The notes under the pieces are model-generated. The model saw only the letters and a list, made by a program, of their open reading frames with translations. It was not told the DNA's origin and searched no databases. Of a DNA stretch of 64,000 bases, positions 37,101-46,220 are shown piece after piece. The first letter of the stretch is position 1, and each line of letters begins with the position of its first letter. A program made the position numbers and the translations under genes. The DNA comes from an uncultured Candidatus Saccharibacteria bacterium (GTDB taxonomy: Bacteria; Patescibacteriota; Minisyncoccia; UBA6257; 2-01-FULL-56-20), in NCBI GenBank assembly GCA_964360585.1, contig CAYHXC010000003.1, positions 18,113 through 82,112 on the forward strand. Direction: 5' to 3'.

Positions 37101-38033
37101 TTATGCAACTTCCTTTTGAAGAGTAGTAAACTGTTCCCGGGCCACCTCAGCCAGCATGGTTGAATCGAAATATTTTATGAGTACGTGGATTGGATCCTCG
37201 TCATTATCGCGTATAATCGGCCACTCGCTCAAAGACACTTCCGGAGCCGGACCGGCATGATAGTTTATGATTTCTCCTTCGGGATGTTCGGGCGTCTTGA
37301 GTCGCCAGTCCCCAAGTGTGTAAACCCTCACTTCCACACAGACCGGCGAGGAGGTGAGGATTGCATAGTCACGCATCTCCCTCAGGGCTTTGATATAAGC
37401 ATATGGATCATTTCCTTTCAGGTGAAGGTATCGAAGACCCAAAGAGCGAGCCAGGGATTCAGTATCGATGGGACAACGCCGCTCTTTGACGTGAGTTCCA
37501 AGCGACCATTCGTTGTCTTCAATTAAGTACATAACCGGAACCTTGAGACTCTGGGCCATGAGCATGCTCTCATAAAACGAACCTTCTTCAATAGAGCCAT
37601 CACCACCCAGGGCAATGACTACGTTCTTCTTATTATCCATTTTAAGGGACATGGCTAAGCCTGGTGCCACAGCGAGTTGGTTCCCAAGAATACTTGAGGT
37701 GTAGATGATGCCTCGTTCTGGGTTTAGCATGTTCATTGATCCTGAGCGTCCCTGATTCAGACCTTCGCGGTGGAGACGGTACTCCTCGAGAATCGGGCGC
37801 ACCGCACCTGCACGCACGAGATTATAGGCAATATTGCGGTGGGTCGGAAGAAGATAGTCACCTTCCCTCATGATCTCGCTGACCCCGACAGCGATCGCTT
37901 CATGGCCCATCGCCAGATGGACGCCAACTTTCAATCGTTTCGCTTTTTGTTCTTCATTCACGATCATCTGACCAATTCGCAAACGGATTATCTCCTCGGC
38001 TATTCTTTTGTCCTGCTTCACTCGATCACTCAT
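37101..38033 (-). CDS. thiamine-diphosphate-dependent E1 alpha-subunit-like protein
   Basis: 310 aa; GHEAIAVG..., GDGSIEEGSFYESMLMAQSLKVPVMYLIEDNEWS (TPP-binding GDG...N motif). Confidence 0.6.
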   Translation of the reverse strand: MSDRVKQDKRIAEEIIRLRIGQMIVNEEQKAKRLKVGVHLAMGHEAIAVGVSEIMREGDYLLPTHRNIAYNLVRAGAVRPILEEYRLHREGLNQGRSGSMNMLNPERGIIYTSSILGNQLAVAPGLAMSLKMDNKKNVVIALGGDGSIEEGSFYESMLMAQSLKVPVMYLIEDNEWSLGTHVKERRCPIDTESLARSLGLRYLHLKGNDPYAYIKALREMRDYAILTSSPVCVEVRVYTLGDWRLKTPEHPEGEIINYHAGPAPEVSLSEWPIIRDNDEDPIHVLIKYFDSTMLAEVAREQFTTLQKEVA

Positions 38034-38050
38034 ATCTCTCTATAGAAATA

Positions 38051-38965
38051 TTAGGTGGCCTGCTTCCTGTCTGCTACGAACGTAGTGTACGGATCGGTAG
38101 TCTTAATTCCTTCAACCAACTCGATCTCGGGTTGCCAGCCAAGAAGCTCTTTTGCTTTTCGATTGGCTGGGTTTCGCATGTTCGCATCGTCTGGATTCGA
38201 TTCTACAATCTTCACTTTCTTATTAAATAATGCCTCACTCTCTCGCACGACATCGCCCATCGTAACCATCACATCTCCTGAAAGATTGATAATCTGAAAG
38301 TCGGTCCGACCAAAAGCGCTGATAATGCCTCTCGCGATATCTTTCACATGCACGAAGCGGCGACCAGCCTTCTTGGAACGCATGAGTGTCACAACTTCAT
38401 TTTTTTTCACATCATCGGCCACGGCTTCGACTGAACTCCAATCCTCCTTGCGAGGACCGTAGACTATAGAAAAACGGAAGATGGTCGTCGGAACGAACCC
38501 ACGCTTATACTGGAGACGCAAGGTGGCTTCGCTGACAAGTTTTGAGAGGGCATATTCGGAAACATGGCCTGAGATATCGATCAACGACTCTTCGTCTTTT
38601 TCTTCATTGCCGATGAATTTCTCATACACCCACTCGCTTGAGGCAAAGATGAACTGTTTCGCTTTCTTCTCTTTAGCCACGCGCATTATGTTCAAAGTGC
38701 CCATAATGTTAGTTTCGTAGGCAGAGTAAGGATCTTGAAGACAGTCTCGATCTCGAGAAATGGCGGCCAAATGAACTACAACATCAACGTCCTCTGGAAA
38801 TACATCCTTGATTTCTGGTTTTCGGATATCGCCTATTCGGAAATCGTACTTGTGGTCGTTTTTCTTTAAGAGATCGAAACCAACCACCTCGATATTTTTC
38901 GCGAGGCACTGACCAATGAGTTCGGTCCCAATGAATCCCTCAGACCCGGTGATTAGTATTTTCAT
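38051..38965 (-). CDS. NAD-dependent epimerase/dehydratase
   Basis: 304 aa; MKILITGSEGFIGTEL; YALSKLVSE (YxxxK). Confidence 0.7.
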   Translation of the reverse strand: MKILITGSEGFIGTELIGQCLAKNIEVVGFDLLKKNDHKYDFRIGDIRKPEIKDVFPEDVDVVVHLAAISRDRDCLQDPYSAYETNIMGTLNIMRVAKEKKAKQFIFASSEWVYEKFIGNEEKDEESLIDISGHVSEYALSKLVSEATLRLQYKRGFVPTTIFRFSIVYGPRKEDWSSVEAVADDVKKNEVVTLMRSKKAGRRFVHVKDIARGIISAFGRTDFQIINLSGDVMVTMGDVVRESEALFNKKVKIVESNPDDANMRNPANRKAKELLGWQPEIELVEGIKTTDPYTTFVADRKQAT

Positions 38966-39839
38966 AATCGGTAATTGTTTTTTGCAGACCTTCTTTAATA
39001 CTCACGAGCGGCTGCCATCCAAGATCTCTCTTCACTTTTGTAAGATCGGCATAGGCCGCGTTTTGAAGATCCCCTTGAGCTGTCTCTTTAAAATTATCGT
39101 AATAGGCACCGCCCTTGCCCATGATTTCACACACCAGGCGCGCGATCTCGCGCACAGGGGTGAGATACCCAGAGCCAACATTGTACGTCGCAATCCCCTT
39201 CCCTTTTTCAACCGCGTCGACAAATACACGGGCCACGTCAGCTATATAGATAAAATCCCCTTGGGCTATTGGATTCTTGAGTTGTAGCGGAACACCCTCG
39301 GCGACCGTTCGCATAATGTATGGTATCAGCGAGCCTGAACGTTGTCCACCGCCATACGGGTTATAGGGGCGGAGCCAAACAAAATCAATTTTTTTCTCCT
39401 TAGCCAACTCAATACCGAGGAGATGCAATGCATGCTTAGCCGCGGTGAAAGGTGTAAACGGAGGGACCATTACATCGTCGTCTATCTTCCCAACTAATGT
39501 GCCGCACTCAAATCCAGTGCCTGTGGCGACGATTCTGGCACAGTCAGTGCCAGCGATAACATTCAAAAGATTAATCCCGTACTGTAAATTTTTGGAACAC
39601 TGTGTATACGAAAAATCCGGTATACCCTCCCACGCCAAGTGGATTACTGCCTCCGGAGCGAATCGCTTTAAAGAATCCTCCCATGGCTCGACATGAGTCA
39701 GAGTACCTTGAAGAACACTCACTCCCTCCACGTGTTCAGAACGTTCCGTGAGAACGAGGACTTCGTGCTTCCGAGCAATAAGTTCGGCAACCACCGACCG
39801 ACCAATAAATCCAGTTCCACCGGTAACGAATATCCGCAT
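38940..39839 (-). CDS. NAD-dependent epimerase/dehydratase
   Basis: 299 aa; MRIFVTGGTGFIGRSVV; overlaps downstream gene by 26 nt. Confidence 0.7.
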   Translation of the reverse strand: MRIFVTGGTGFIGRSVVAELIARKHEVLVLTERSEHVEGVSVLQGTLTHVEPWEDSLKRFAPEAVIHLAWEGIPDFSYTQCSKNLQYGINLLNVIAGTDCARIVATGTGFECGTLVGKIDDDVMVPPFTPFTAAKHALHLLGIELAKEKKIDFVWLRPYNPYGGGQRSGSLIPYIMRTVAEGVPLQLKNPIAQGDFIYIADVARVFVDAVEKGKGIATYNVGSGYLTPVREIARLVCEIMGKGGAYYDNFKETAQGDLQNAAYADLTKVKRDLGWQPLVSIKEGLQKTITDYENTNHRV

Positions 39840-39960
39840 GGTGATGATAGTAGCTTGAAGTGCCTAGGGCTGTCCACTTACAACGTTTACTACGGACAAG
39901 CGCAATGACAAACAAAGAGATAAAAAGCCCGTCATCGCTAATGCGACAACGGGCTTGTGA

Positions 39961-40671
39961 TTACGAAAACTTTGGATAGTCGGGATAAAGACCGAGCTCG
40001 ATCCGCTGACCTTCCACTTCTTCGATGTAGTCATTCATAGCGCCAACGAACCGCTTCATCAGCTCCATGGCTCGCGGGAGACGCACACACACCCGAGATG
40101 ACGGATCGATCCAGTCACGCCGGCACTCGAAGTTTTTGAAGACTGATCGCGGGTTGCGATAGGAATGCGCTTCCGGATCGTGCGAGAGATGAACCGGATC
40201 GAGATCCGGCAACTCCAGCCAGAAGCGTGTAGCATGCATCACCTCTTCCGCCATGCTGCAGATAATCCGATCGGCGTCCATCAAGGTGACGAGAACCGGA
40301 TGATCCTCGGAATTGTTGAAGCCGCTGTGCTTCAGCACGGCATCGACTATAAAGTCTTCGTCCGTGCTGGCGAACGATTCACCTCCTGCGAGCCAACTTC
40401 GGACCATCGTCATGACCTCAGCGTCGGGGACATCTTTTTTCCCTACGCCACGTGCGTGTTGCAACATGCGGTCGGCGTTGTGGCAGAGACCTGCCGCTGC
40501 GGCTATTCTTGCCGTGAGCGGAGTTGGCGCGATCATCAGACAGACCTGAGCCGCGCGCAAGGCGTGGTCAAAGTCGTGACCCGTGCCGTCCATCTTGTGC
40601 TCCTGATGAGCATCGCGGATGATCCGGGTCAGTCGCGGGTAAATCTCCCAAACTTTCTTGTTCTGGTCCAC
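39961..40671 (-). CDS. hypothetical protein, possible HD-domain-like metal-dependent hydrolase (GC-rich gene)
   Basis: 236 aa; GTGHDFDHALRAAQV...HNADR...DADRI spacing reminiscent of HD motif; visibly GC-richer than neighbours; function uncertain. Confidence 0.3.
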   Translation of the reverse strand: MDQNKKVWEIYPRLTRIIRDAHQEHKMDGTGHDFDHALRAAQVCLMIAPTPLTARIAAAAGLCHNADRMLQHARGVGKKDVPDAEVMTMVRSWLAGGESFASTDEDFIVDAVLKHSGFNNSEDHPVLVTLMDADRIICSMAEEVMHATRFWLELPDLDPVHLSHDPEAHSYRNPRSVFKNFECRRDWIDPSSRVCVRLPRAMELMKRFVGAMNDYIEEVEGQRIELGLYPDYPKFS

Positions 40672-40773
40672 GGGAACCTCCTATTTACGGGTTGACGGTT
40701 GCGGAACTGGCCCAATAGTACAAGATTTATGAGATATTGTCAACTAACTATCCCGCGTGTTCCGCCTCGGTTT

Positions 40774-41712
40774 TTAAATATTGGAGAACTCGTTTCGTTT
40801 GACCACCTGATACCCCTTAATCAGTTCGGCGATGCCCTCTTTAAGCGAGACCTGGGTCTGATAGCCTGTTTTTTCGATTTTAGTGTTTGAGATGACATAG
40901 TTTCGTTTGTCCGGATCTTCGCCGATTGCCGATTCGACAAATACAAATTTTGGCAACTGCTTTTGTATCTCCGCACAGAGTTCTGCCTTGGACAAGTTCG
41001 CCTCCGTCAGTCCGACATTGTATGGCTCGTTTTTCATTGTATCGAAATTCTTCATCGCCTGCAGGAATGCCCGAGCAACATCGCGCACATGTATATAGTT
41101 TCGTTTGAAATGCGGTTCGAAGAGCACAACTGCACGATCGTTCACGGCTCGATAGACAAAGTCATTGACGAGAAGGTCGAGGCGCATGCGTGGTGAAATA
41201 CCAAAGACTGTGGCGAGACGAAACGTGACAGCATCACCAGCTTTGAGTAGCTTCATTTCGGCTTCCACCTTCAACTTTCCATACAGAGACACGGGATCAA
41301 GGGCACTTGTCTCGTCGCAGAAAGCCACACCTTCGGCCATGCGGCCATAGCCGCTGTTTGTGTTCGGAAAAATGATCTTCTGTCCTTTCTTACGAAGTTT
41401 GATGAGCATCTCCACTGCCTCCAGGTTTGTGGTCCGGGCTGCAATCGGATCCTGGTCACAAAGAGGCGCACCCACGAGACAGGCAAGCGGGATGATAAAG
41501 TCTTTTCCTTCGATGTGTTTCGCGATCAACTTCTCATCGCGCGCATCACCGCGCACAACAGTGAGGTTTGGGTCGTAACAAACATCAAGAAGCGACGTCT
41601 GGCCGTATATAAAACTATCAATAACCGTTACAGCATAACCGGCGCGCAAAAGCTCCGGAACGAGTATCGAACCAATGTAGCCAGCGCCCCCGGTGACGAG
41701 TACGTTTTCCAT
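40774..41712 (-). CDS. NAD-dependent epimerase/dehydratase
   Basis: 312 aa; MENVLVTGGAGYIGSILVPELLRAGY; YGKLKVEAE (YxxxK). Confidence 0.7.
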   Translation of the reverse strand: MENVLVTGGAGYIGSILVPELLRAGYAVTVIDSFIYGQTSLLDVCYDPNLTVVRGDARDEKLIAKHIEGKDFIIPLACLVGAPLCDQDPIAARTTNLEAVEMLIKLRKKGQKIIFPNTNSGYGRMAEGVAFCDETSALDPVSLYGKLKVEAEMKLLKAGDAVTFRLATVFGISPRMRLDLLVNDFVYRAVNDRAVVLFEPHFKRNYIHVRDVARAFLQAMKNFDTMKNEPYNVGLTEANLSKAELCAEIQKQLPKFVFVESAIGEDPDKRNYVISNTKIEKTGYQTQVSLKEGIAELIKGYQVVKRNEFSNI

Positions 41713-41761
41713 GTGTCTCCAATCCTAAAACACACCGACCGTTTCTGCAATGGGCGCTCGG

Positions 41762-42964
41762 TTACAATTCCTTTGGATTAACGGGAAAGTAGAACTCGAC
41801 ACCTTTTTTAATGAGTTCTTGATTGTTCGCTAGTATCTCCTTCTTGAAATTCCAGGCCAACACATAATAGATGTCTGGTTGTTCTACGATATCTTTTTCA
41901 ATAACGATCGGAATATGCATCCCCGGCGAGTAGAGTCCGCGTCGTAGTTCGTTCTTTTCAGTCAGACACTCGACGAGATCGGGACCGATGCCATAGTAGT
42001 TGAGCAAGGTATTTCCTTTGACTGGAGCGCCAAAACCGAACACTCGCTTACCGGCCTGTTTGGCTTGGCGCAGATAGGCCACATTCTCATCTTTCATACT
42101 CTGGATACGCCTAGAGAAAGCCCGATATGTCTCAATGTCATTGGTTTTCTCTTCGGCTTCGGCTTTACGCATAGCATGCAATCGATCACTGGACTTCTGT
42201 TTTCCGCGGTGGGCAATGTAACCGATCACTGAACCGCCATGAATTGGTGCTAGATACGCGTCGAAAAGTTCCAAACCATGACGACCCAACAAGGTTTCGA
42301 TAGTTTTCAAAGTATAGTAAAGCAAATGTTCGTGATAAATTTGATCGAAGGCTCCATTCTCTACAATGCTCTTCATATATAAGAACTGAACCATAAAAAC
42401 GCCGTTCTCTTTTAGGCTTTCTCTGATGCCATCGGCGACCGAGTGAAGTTCTTCAAGGTGAAAAAATACGCCAGCGGCGTTCACGACGTCAAATTTTCGA
42501 TTGAGCTGTTTTACAAAATCAAGATTAAAAAATGCGGTGGCCGTTGGAACGCCGGCGTCATTGGCCATTTTCGCTGGCGTTGCTGCCGACTCCACACCGA
42601 GAACTTCATATCCCAGATGCTGGAAATGCTTTAGCTGGGTACCGTCGTTCGAACCGATATCGAGCACCGACTTCTCGGATAGGTTCTTGAAAAAACGATC
42701 ATCTACTTCCTCGGCCATCTTCCGGAAGTGTTCGTCGAGCGATCGCGTCACACCAGAAAGATAGGTGTGGTTTCCAAACATGATCTCCTTCTTGATCGTG
42801 TAGTCAAGCTGAGTCGTAGAACAGCCTTTGCAGTACACTACGCGCAAAGGATAAAAAGCTTCCTTGCCAACCTCCTCTTTTTTTAAGAAGTGATTCCCCC
42901 AGGGTTGGTTCCCGAGATCGATAACGGGCTCCAGATCGGTTGCATCACAAACGCGGCAGATCAT
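41762..42964 (-). CDS. sugar C-methyltransferase (zinc-binding N-terminal domain + class I MTase + C-methyltransferase C-terminal domain)
   Basis: 400 aa; MICRVCDATDLEPVIDLGNQPW...CKGCSTTQL (Cys4 Zn motif), VLDIGSNDGTQL (SAM motif I); architecture typical of NDP-hexose 3-C-methyltransferases. Confidence 0.55.
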   Translation of the reverse strand: MICRVCDATDLEPVIDLGNQPWGNHFLKKEEVGKEAFYPLRVVYCKGCSTTQLDYTIKKEIMFGNHTYLSGVTRSLDEHFRKMAEEVDDRFFKNLSEKSVLDIGSNDGTQLKHFQHLGYEVLGVESAATPAKMANDAGVPTATAFFNLDFVKQLNRKFDVVNAAGVFFHLEELHSVADGIRESLKENGVFMVQFLYMKSIVENGAFDQIYHEHLLYYTLKTIETLLGRHGLELFDAYLAPIHGGSVIGYIAHRGKQKSSDRLHAMRKAEAEEKTNDIETYRAFSRRIQSMKDENVAYLRQAKQAGKRVFGFGAPVKGNTLLNYYGIGPDLVECLTEKNELRRGLYSPGMHIPIVIEKDIVEQPDIYYVLAWNFKKEILANNQELIKKGVEFYFPVNPKEL

Positions 42965-42965
42965 T

Positions 42966-44051
42966 TTAGAAATAAGAATTAAATAATTGAATCATCTCTC
43001 CGACGAATTTCTCCTGACTGATCGCATACCCTCCCTCGGGAGAGGCGATCCATTTATTAATGTTTCCAATATACTCGTTATACTCGCTCTCGTCCATATT
43101 GCGGAGGTAGTGATCGAGTTTCGCAAAGTCGCAGTCGAATTTCCGGAAATCGATGAAACACGCCGGCGGGAATATATCTGTAATATCCGGCGCTCCCCAG
43201 TAGATCGGCACTGCCCCGGCATAGAGAGAGTCTTTCATATACTGGACGTACCCTCCAAGATAGGAGTTCTCTAGCACGAGCGAAAACCGATACTGTTTCA
43301 AGGTCTCATATTTATCATCAGGCGACCCGCGATAAGATTTTTTTATGCTTGCGTCATAGGCCTGCGTGTAGCGCACCGGCGTATTCCAGCCGCGACCATA
43401 AAGATCAAAGTCGTCGTACTGGGAAAAGTATCGAATGGCCTTAAGGCGGTCAAGATAGCCTTCTCGATTAGTAAAAGTTGGCATCGGTTTTATGACATTC
43501 ATAACGTTCACATACAATCTATGCAACCAGTGGACGCGTGTGTTTTTCTGGATCATCACCAGAAACTTCTTGCTCCCGAAGCCAGGGGCGACCTGTCGCA
43601 CGTGAGTATAGTAACCGTGTGGCGTATACTGCGGATGGAACTGACTCTTTTTCGATACCCAGCTTTTCACTCCCCGCATCACAACCGAGTGATCGAAGTG
43701 GCTGGTCAGCCAGGTGAGATTCCAATAAAATTGGCAGGCGTAGAGTGGATTTTCTGAACTACGGATAATAGCTAGCTTTACTCCCTCTTTCTGCAAAGCC
43801 AGCGAGGTCTTCAGGTCAGCGTCGTCACGCTCTCTTACACAGATCGCCTTCGGTTTTTTCGGTAGCGCGAAATAGATGTCAGAAGTAATCAGCTGAATCC
43901 CGTTCTTGAGGCATTCTTCGTAGAGGTACACTGATGAATAGTTGGCCCACTCTTCCTTGGCCACGTTCCGATCGAAACATAAATTTTCCCGCGAATGAGG
44001 TCCGATGGTATCATAGACAACAACTTTTTTGTTAGTAAGAGAAATTTTCAT
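42966..44051 (-). CDS. GT10-like (alpha-1,3-fucosyltransferase family-like) glycosyltransferase
   Basis: 361 aa; YRFSLVLENSYLGGYVQYMKDSLYAGAVPIYWGAP resembles FucT motif Y.F.L.FENS...Y.TEK....AG.VPV..G. Confidence 0.4.
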   Translation of the reverse strand: MKISLTNKKVVVYDTIGPHSRENLCFDRNVAKEEWANYSSVYLYEECLKNGIQLITSDIYFALPKKPKAICVRERDDADLKTSLALQKEGVKLAIIRSSENPLYACQFYWNLTWLTSHFDHSVVMRGVKSWVSKKSQFHPQYTPHGYYTHVRQVAPGFGSKKFLVMIQKNTRVHWLHRLYVNVMNVIKPMPTFTNREGYLDRLKAIRYFSQYDDFDLYGRGWNTPVRYTQAYDASIKKSYRGSPDDKYETLKQYRFSLVLENSYLGGYVQYMKDSLYAGAVPIYWGAPDITDIFPPACFIDFRKFDCDFAKLDHYLRNMDESEYNEYIGNINKWIASPEGGYAISQEKFVGEMIQLFNSYF

Positions 44052-44212
44052 TACTGCCTATTGTGTCGCAGATAAAACACCATTCAAAAGAAAGATTAAC
44101 CGGATCACGTCGAAACACACTATGTTCACGAAAAAACCCACTATCTTTCGTACGAGACTACCTCTCCGATAATCCAGCGGAGCTTTTTGGAAACCGTATG
44201 CGAGGCTCCGTT

Positions 44213-44734
44213 CTACTTTACATAGTGACCTGCTTCATCACGCTGGGAAAGTATTGGATCTTTGATCGGCCACCATATATTAAACTTCGGATCGTCGAAG
44301 CGGTAGGTGAACTGGCCATCCGAATTATAGTACTCCGATTGTTTATAATGGAAAATTATTTTGTCGGTAAGCGCTAGATGACCATTCCCGAACTTTGGCG
44401 GTACGAGTACAAGCCAGTGATTCGCGTCCGAGAGCGTGAACGACACCCACTGGCCATACTGTTTGGATTGCGGGTCGGCATTCGCTACCACAAAATAGAA
44501 CCTCCCCAATTTGCAGTCGATAAGCTTCCAGGTCCGATCATCACCATGCAATCCCCGCAATACATGCTTCGATGATACGGAATAATCATCTACTACGAAA
44601 TCCAAATTGATGCCGTTCTTTGCAAAGAGCTCCTTGTTATACGTTTCTGTGTATGTTCCACGAAAATCCTCGAAGGTTTCGGGCTTAATGAGCACCACAC
44701 CGTCGAGCTTTGTTTTGACGAATTCCATGTTCAT
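44213..44734 (-). CDS. RmlC-like cupin (NDP-sugar 3,5-epimerase family)
   Basis: ORF track gives 44213..44938, but homology begins at internal MNMEFVKTKLDGVVLIKPETFEDFRG...VLRGLHGDD...GNGHLALTD (RmlC-like); start taken at ATG 44734; no clear SD for either start. Confidence 0.5.
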   Translation of the reverse strand: MNMEFVKTKLDGVVLIKPETFEDFRGTYTETYNKELFAKNGINLDFVVDDYSVSSKHVLRGLHGDDRTWKLIDCKLGRFYFVVANADPQSKQYGQWVSFTLSDANHWLVLVPPKFGNGHLALTDKIIFHYKQSEYYNSDGQFTYRFDDPKFNIWWPIKDPILSQRDEAGHYVK

Positions 44735-44846
44735 AGTTATTGAGCGTGAAATAATTTGGTTGTTATACAATTCAGTGATCTGACGTGTTTTTCCTTCCTG
44801 ATTAATCCTAAACTGTTGCCCGAGAGAAGGCAAGGGTTGCACGCGT

Positions 44847-45614
44847 TTACCACATATGGGACTCTTTTTTGTAATCAACTTTTTTCTGACGATACCATTT
44901 CTGAGCAGCTTCGTATTTCTCCAAGGTACCAATGTCAATCATGTTTTCTTTCGTCGGGAGGCCATAGAGATCTCGGCGTGTTTTCATGAGAGGGGGTAGG
45001 ATTTCGCCATCTAACTTAGCGGGAAAGTCAGAGGGGATAAAATCAAGCAGTTTTTTTGACCACATGCTAAACCCGCCATTTATGTGGTATTTATCTCCGA
45101 GTTCGGTAATCCCATGTGGTCGAGTGAGCCAGGCAGTAATACGGTGTGTGTTTGGATCAATCTCTGCCACATCACCATTTTCAGGGATATCAGAATCTTT
45201 CAAAACCAGGGTCCCAAATGCTTGATGGTCCTCATGAAACTGTAAGAGCGGCTGGAAGTCGTAAAAATGAAGCTGGTCACCATAGATGAGAAGAAATGGA
45301 TCGGAGAGGAGAGGCTCCATTTTTTTTATAGCCCCGGCAGTCTCGAGGAGTTTTTTGGTTTCGTCAGAGTAGTTGATTTCTACCCCCAGGCGTTCACCAC
45401 CTCCAAGGTGAGTAGTGATCTTCTCTGGAAGAGAATGGAGATTGATCACAAATTTTCGAAAGCCCTGGTCTCGTAAAAGCGTGATGGTGTGTTCTAGGAG
45501 TGGTATCCCATCAAATGGCATCATCACTTTGGGAGTGGTTTCGGTTAAAGGACGCAATCGCGTGCCGAGTCCGGCTGATAAAATAGCAACGGTAATTTTT
45601 GAGGGATCGGTCAT
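44847..45614 (-). CDS. sugar-1-phosphate nucleotidyltransferase (HddC-like paralogue)
   Basis: 255 aa; VAILSAGLGTRLRPLTETTPKVMMP nucleotidyltransferase motif. Confidence 0.6.
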   Translation of the reverse strand: MTDPSKITVAILSAGLGTRLRPLTETTPKVMMPFDGIPLLEHTITLLRDQGFRKFVINLHSLPEKITTHLGGGERLGVEINYSDETKKLLETAGAIKKMEPLLSDPFLLIYGDQLHFYDFQPLLQFHEDHQAFGTLVLKDSDIPENGDVAEIDPNTHRITAWLTRPHGITELGDKYHINGGFSMWSKKLLDFIPSDFPAKLDGEILPPLMKTRRDLYGLPTKENMIDIGTLEKYEAAQKWYRQKKVDYKKESHMW

Positions 45615-45620
45615 GTTGGT

Positions 45621-46220
45621 TTACCTGCCGGCGGTGATCATATGATCGAAGTATTCTTTAAAGTATTTCGTCATAAGGTGCATGATCGTATGATGGACAC
45701 TTTCAACAATTTCGTACTGTCCTTTTTCGGTTTTGACGAGAATCTTGGCATCAGAGAGTTCGTTCAACTTACCACCGTCAAAACCAGAGAGACCAATGAC
45801 AGGAACTTTACGTTCTTTGGCTAGCTCGACAGCTTTAATAATATTCGGCGAGCTACCAGAGCTCGAAATCGCAATCAGAACATCGGCATCCTGGAGATAG
45901 TTCTTGAGTGGACCAGCGAAGATCATGTCAAAACCAACATCATTGGCCCAGGCTGTGATTTCTGATTCGGTTGAAGGCAAGCGAATGGCTTGGAAACGTC
46001 GGTGATTCTTATCGAGGTGGTGACTAAAGACGGTCTTATTAAAATCACTAACCCAGTGAGTAGCGATAGCCAAGGAACCGCCGTTTCCGAAGACATAGAT
46101 CCGGCCGTCTCGTTCGTAGGCCGCCTCTAAAATGTTTATCGCCCGGGAGATCTCTTCGGCCGGCAGTTGGGCTAATGAGGCAGAGACTTGATCGGCAAAT
46201 TGTTTGATAAATTCTTTCAT
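45621..46220 (-). CDS. gmhA: SIS-domain phosphoheptose isomerase (GmhA-like paralogue)
   Basis: 199 aa; GRIYVFGNGGSLAIATHWVSDF...ADVLIAISSSGSSPNIIKAVELA. Confidence 0.7.
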   Translation of the reverse strand: MKEFIKQFADQVSASLAQLPAEEISRAINILEAAYERDGRIYVFGNGGSLAIATHWVSDFNKTVFSHHLDKNHRRFQAIRLPSTESEITAWANDVGFDMIFAGPLKNYLQDADVLIAISSSGSSPNIIKAVELAKERKVPVIGLSGFDGGKLNELSDAKILVKTEKGQYEIVESVHHTIMHLMTKYFKEYFDHMITAGR

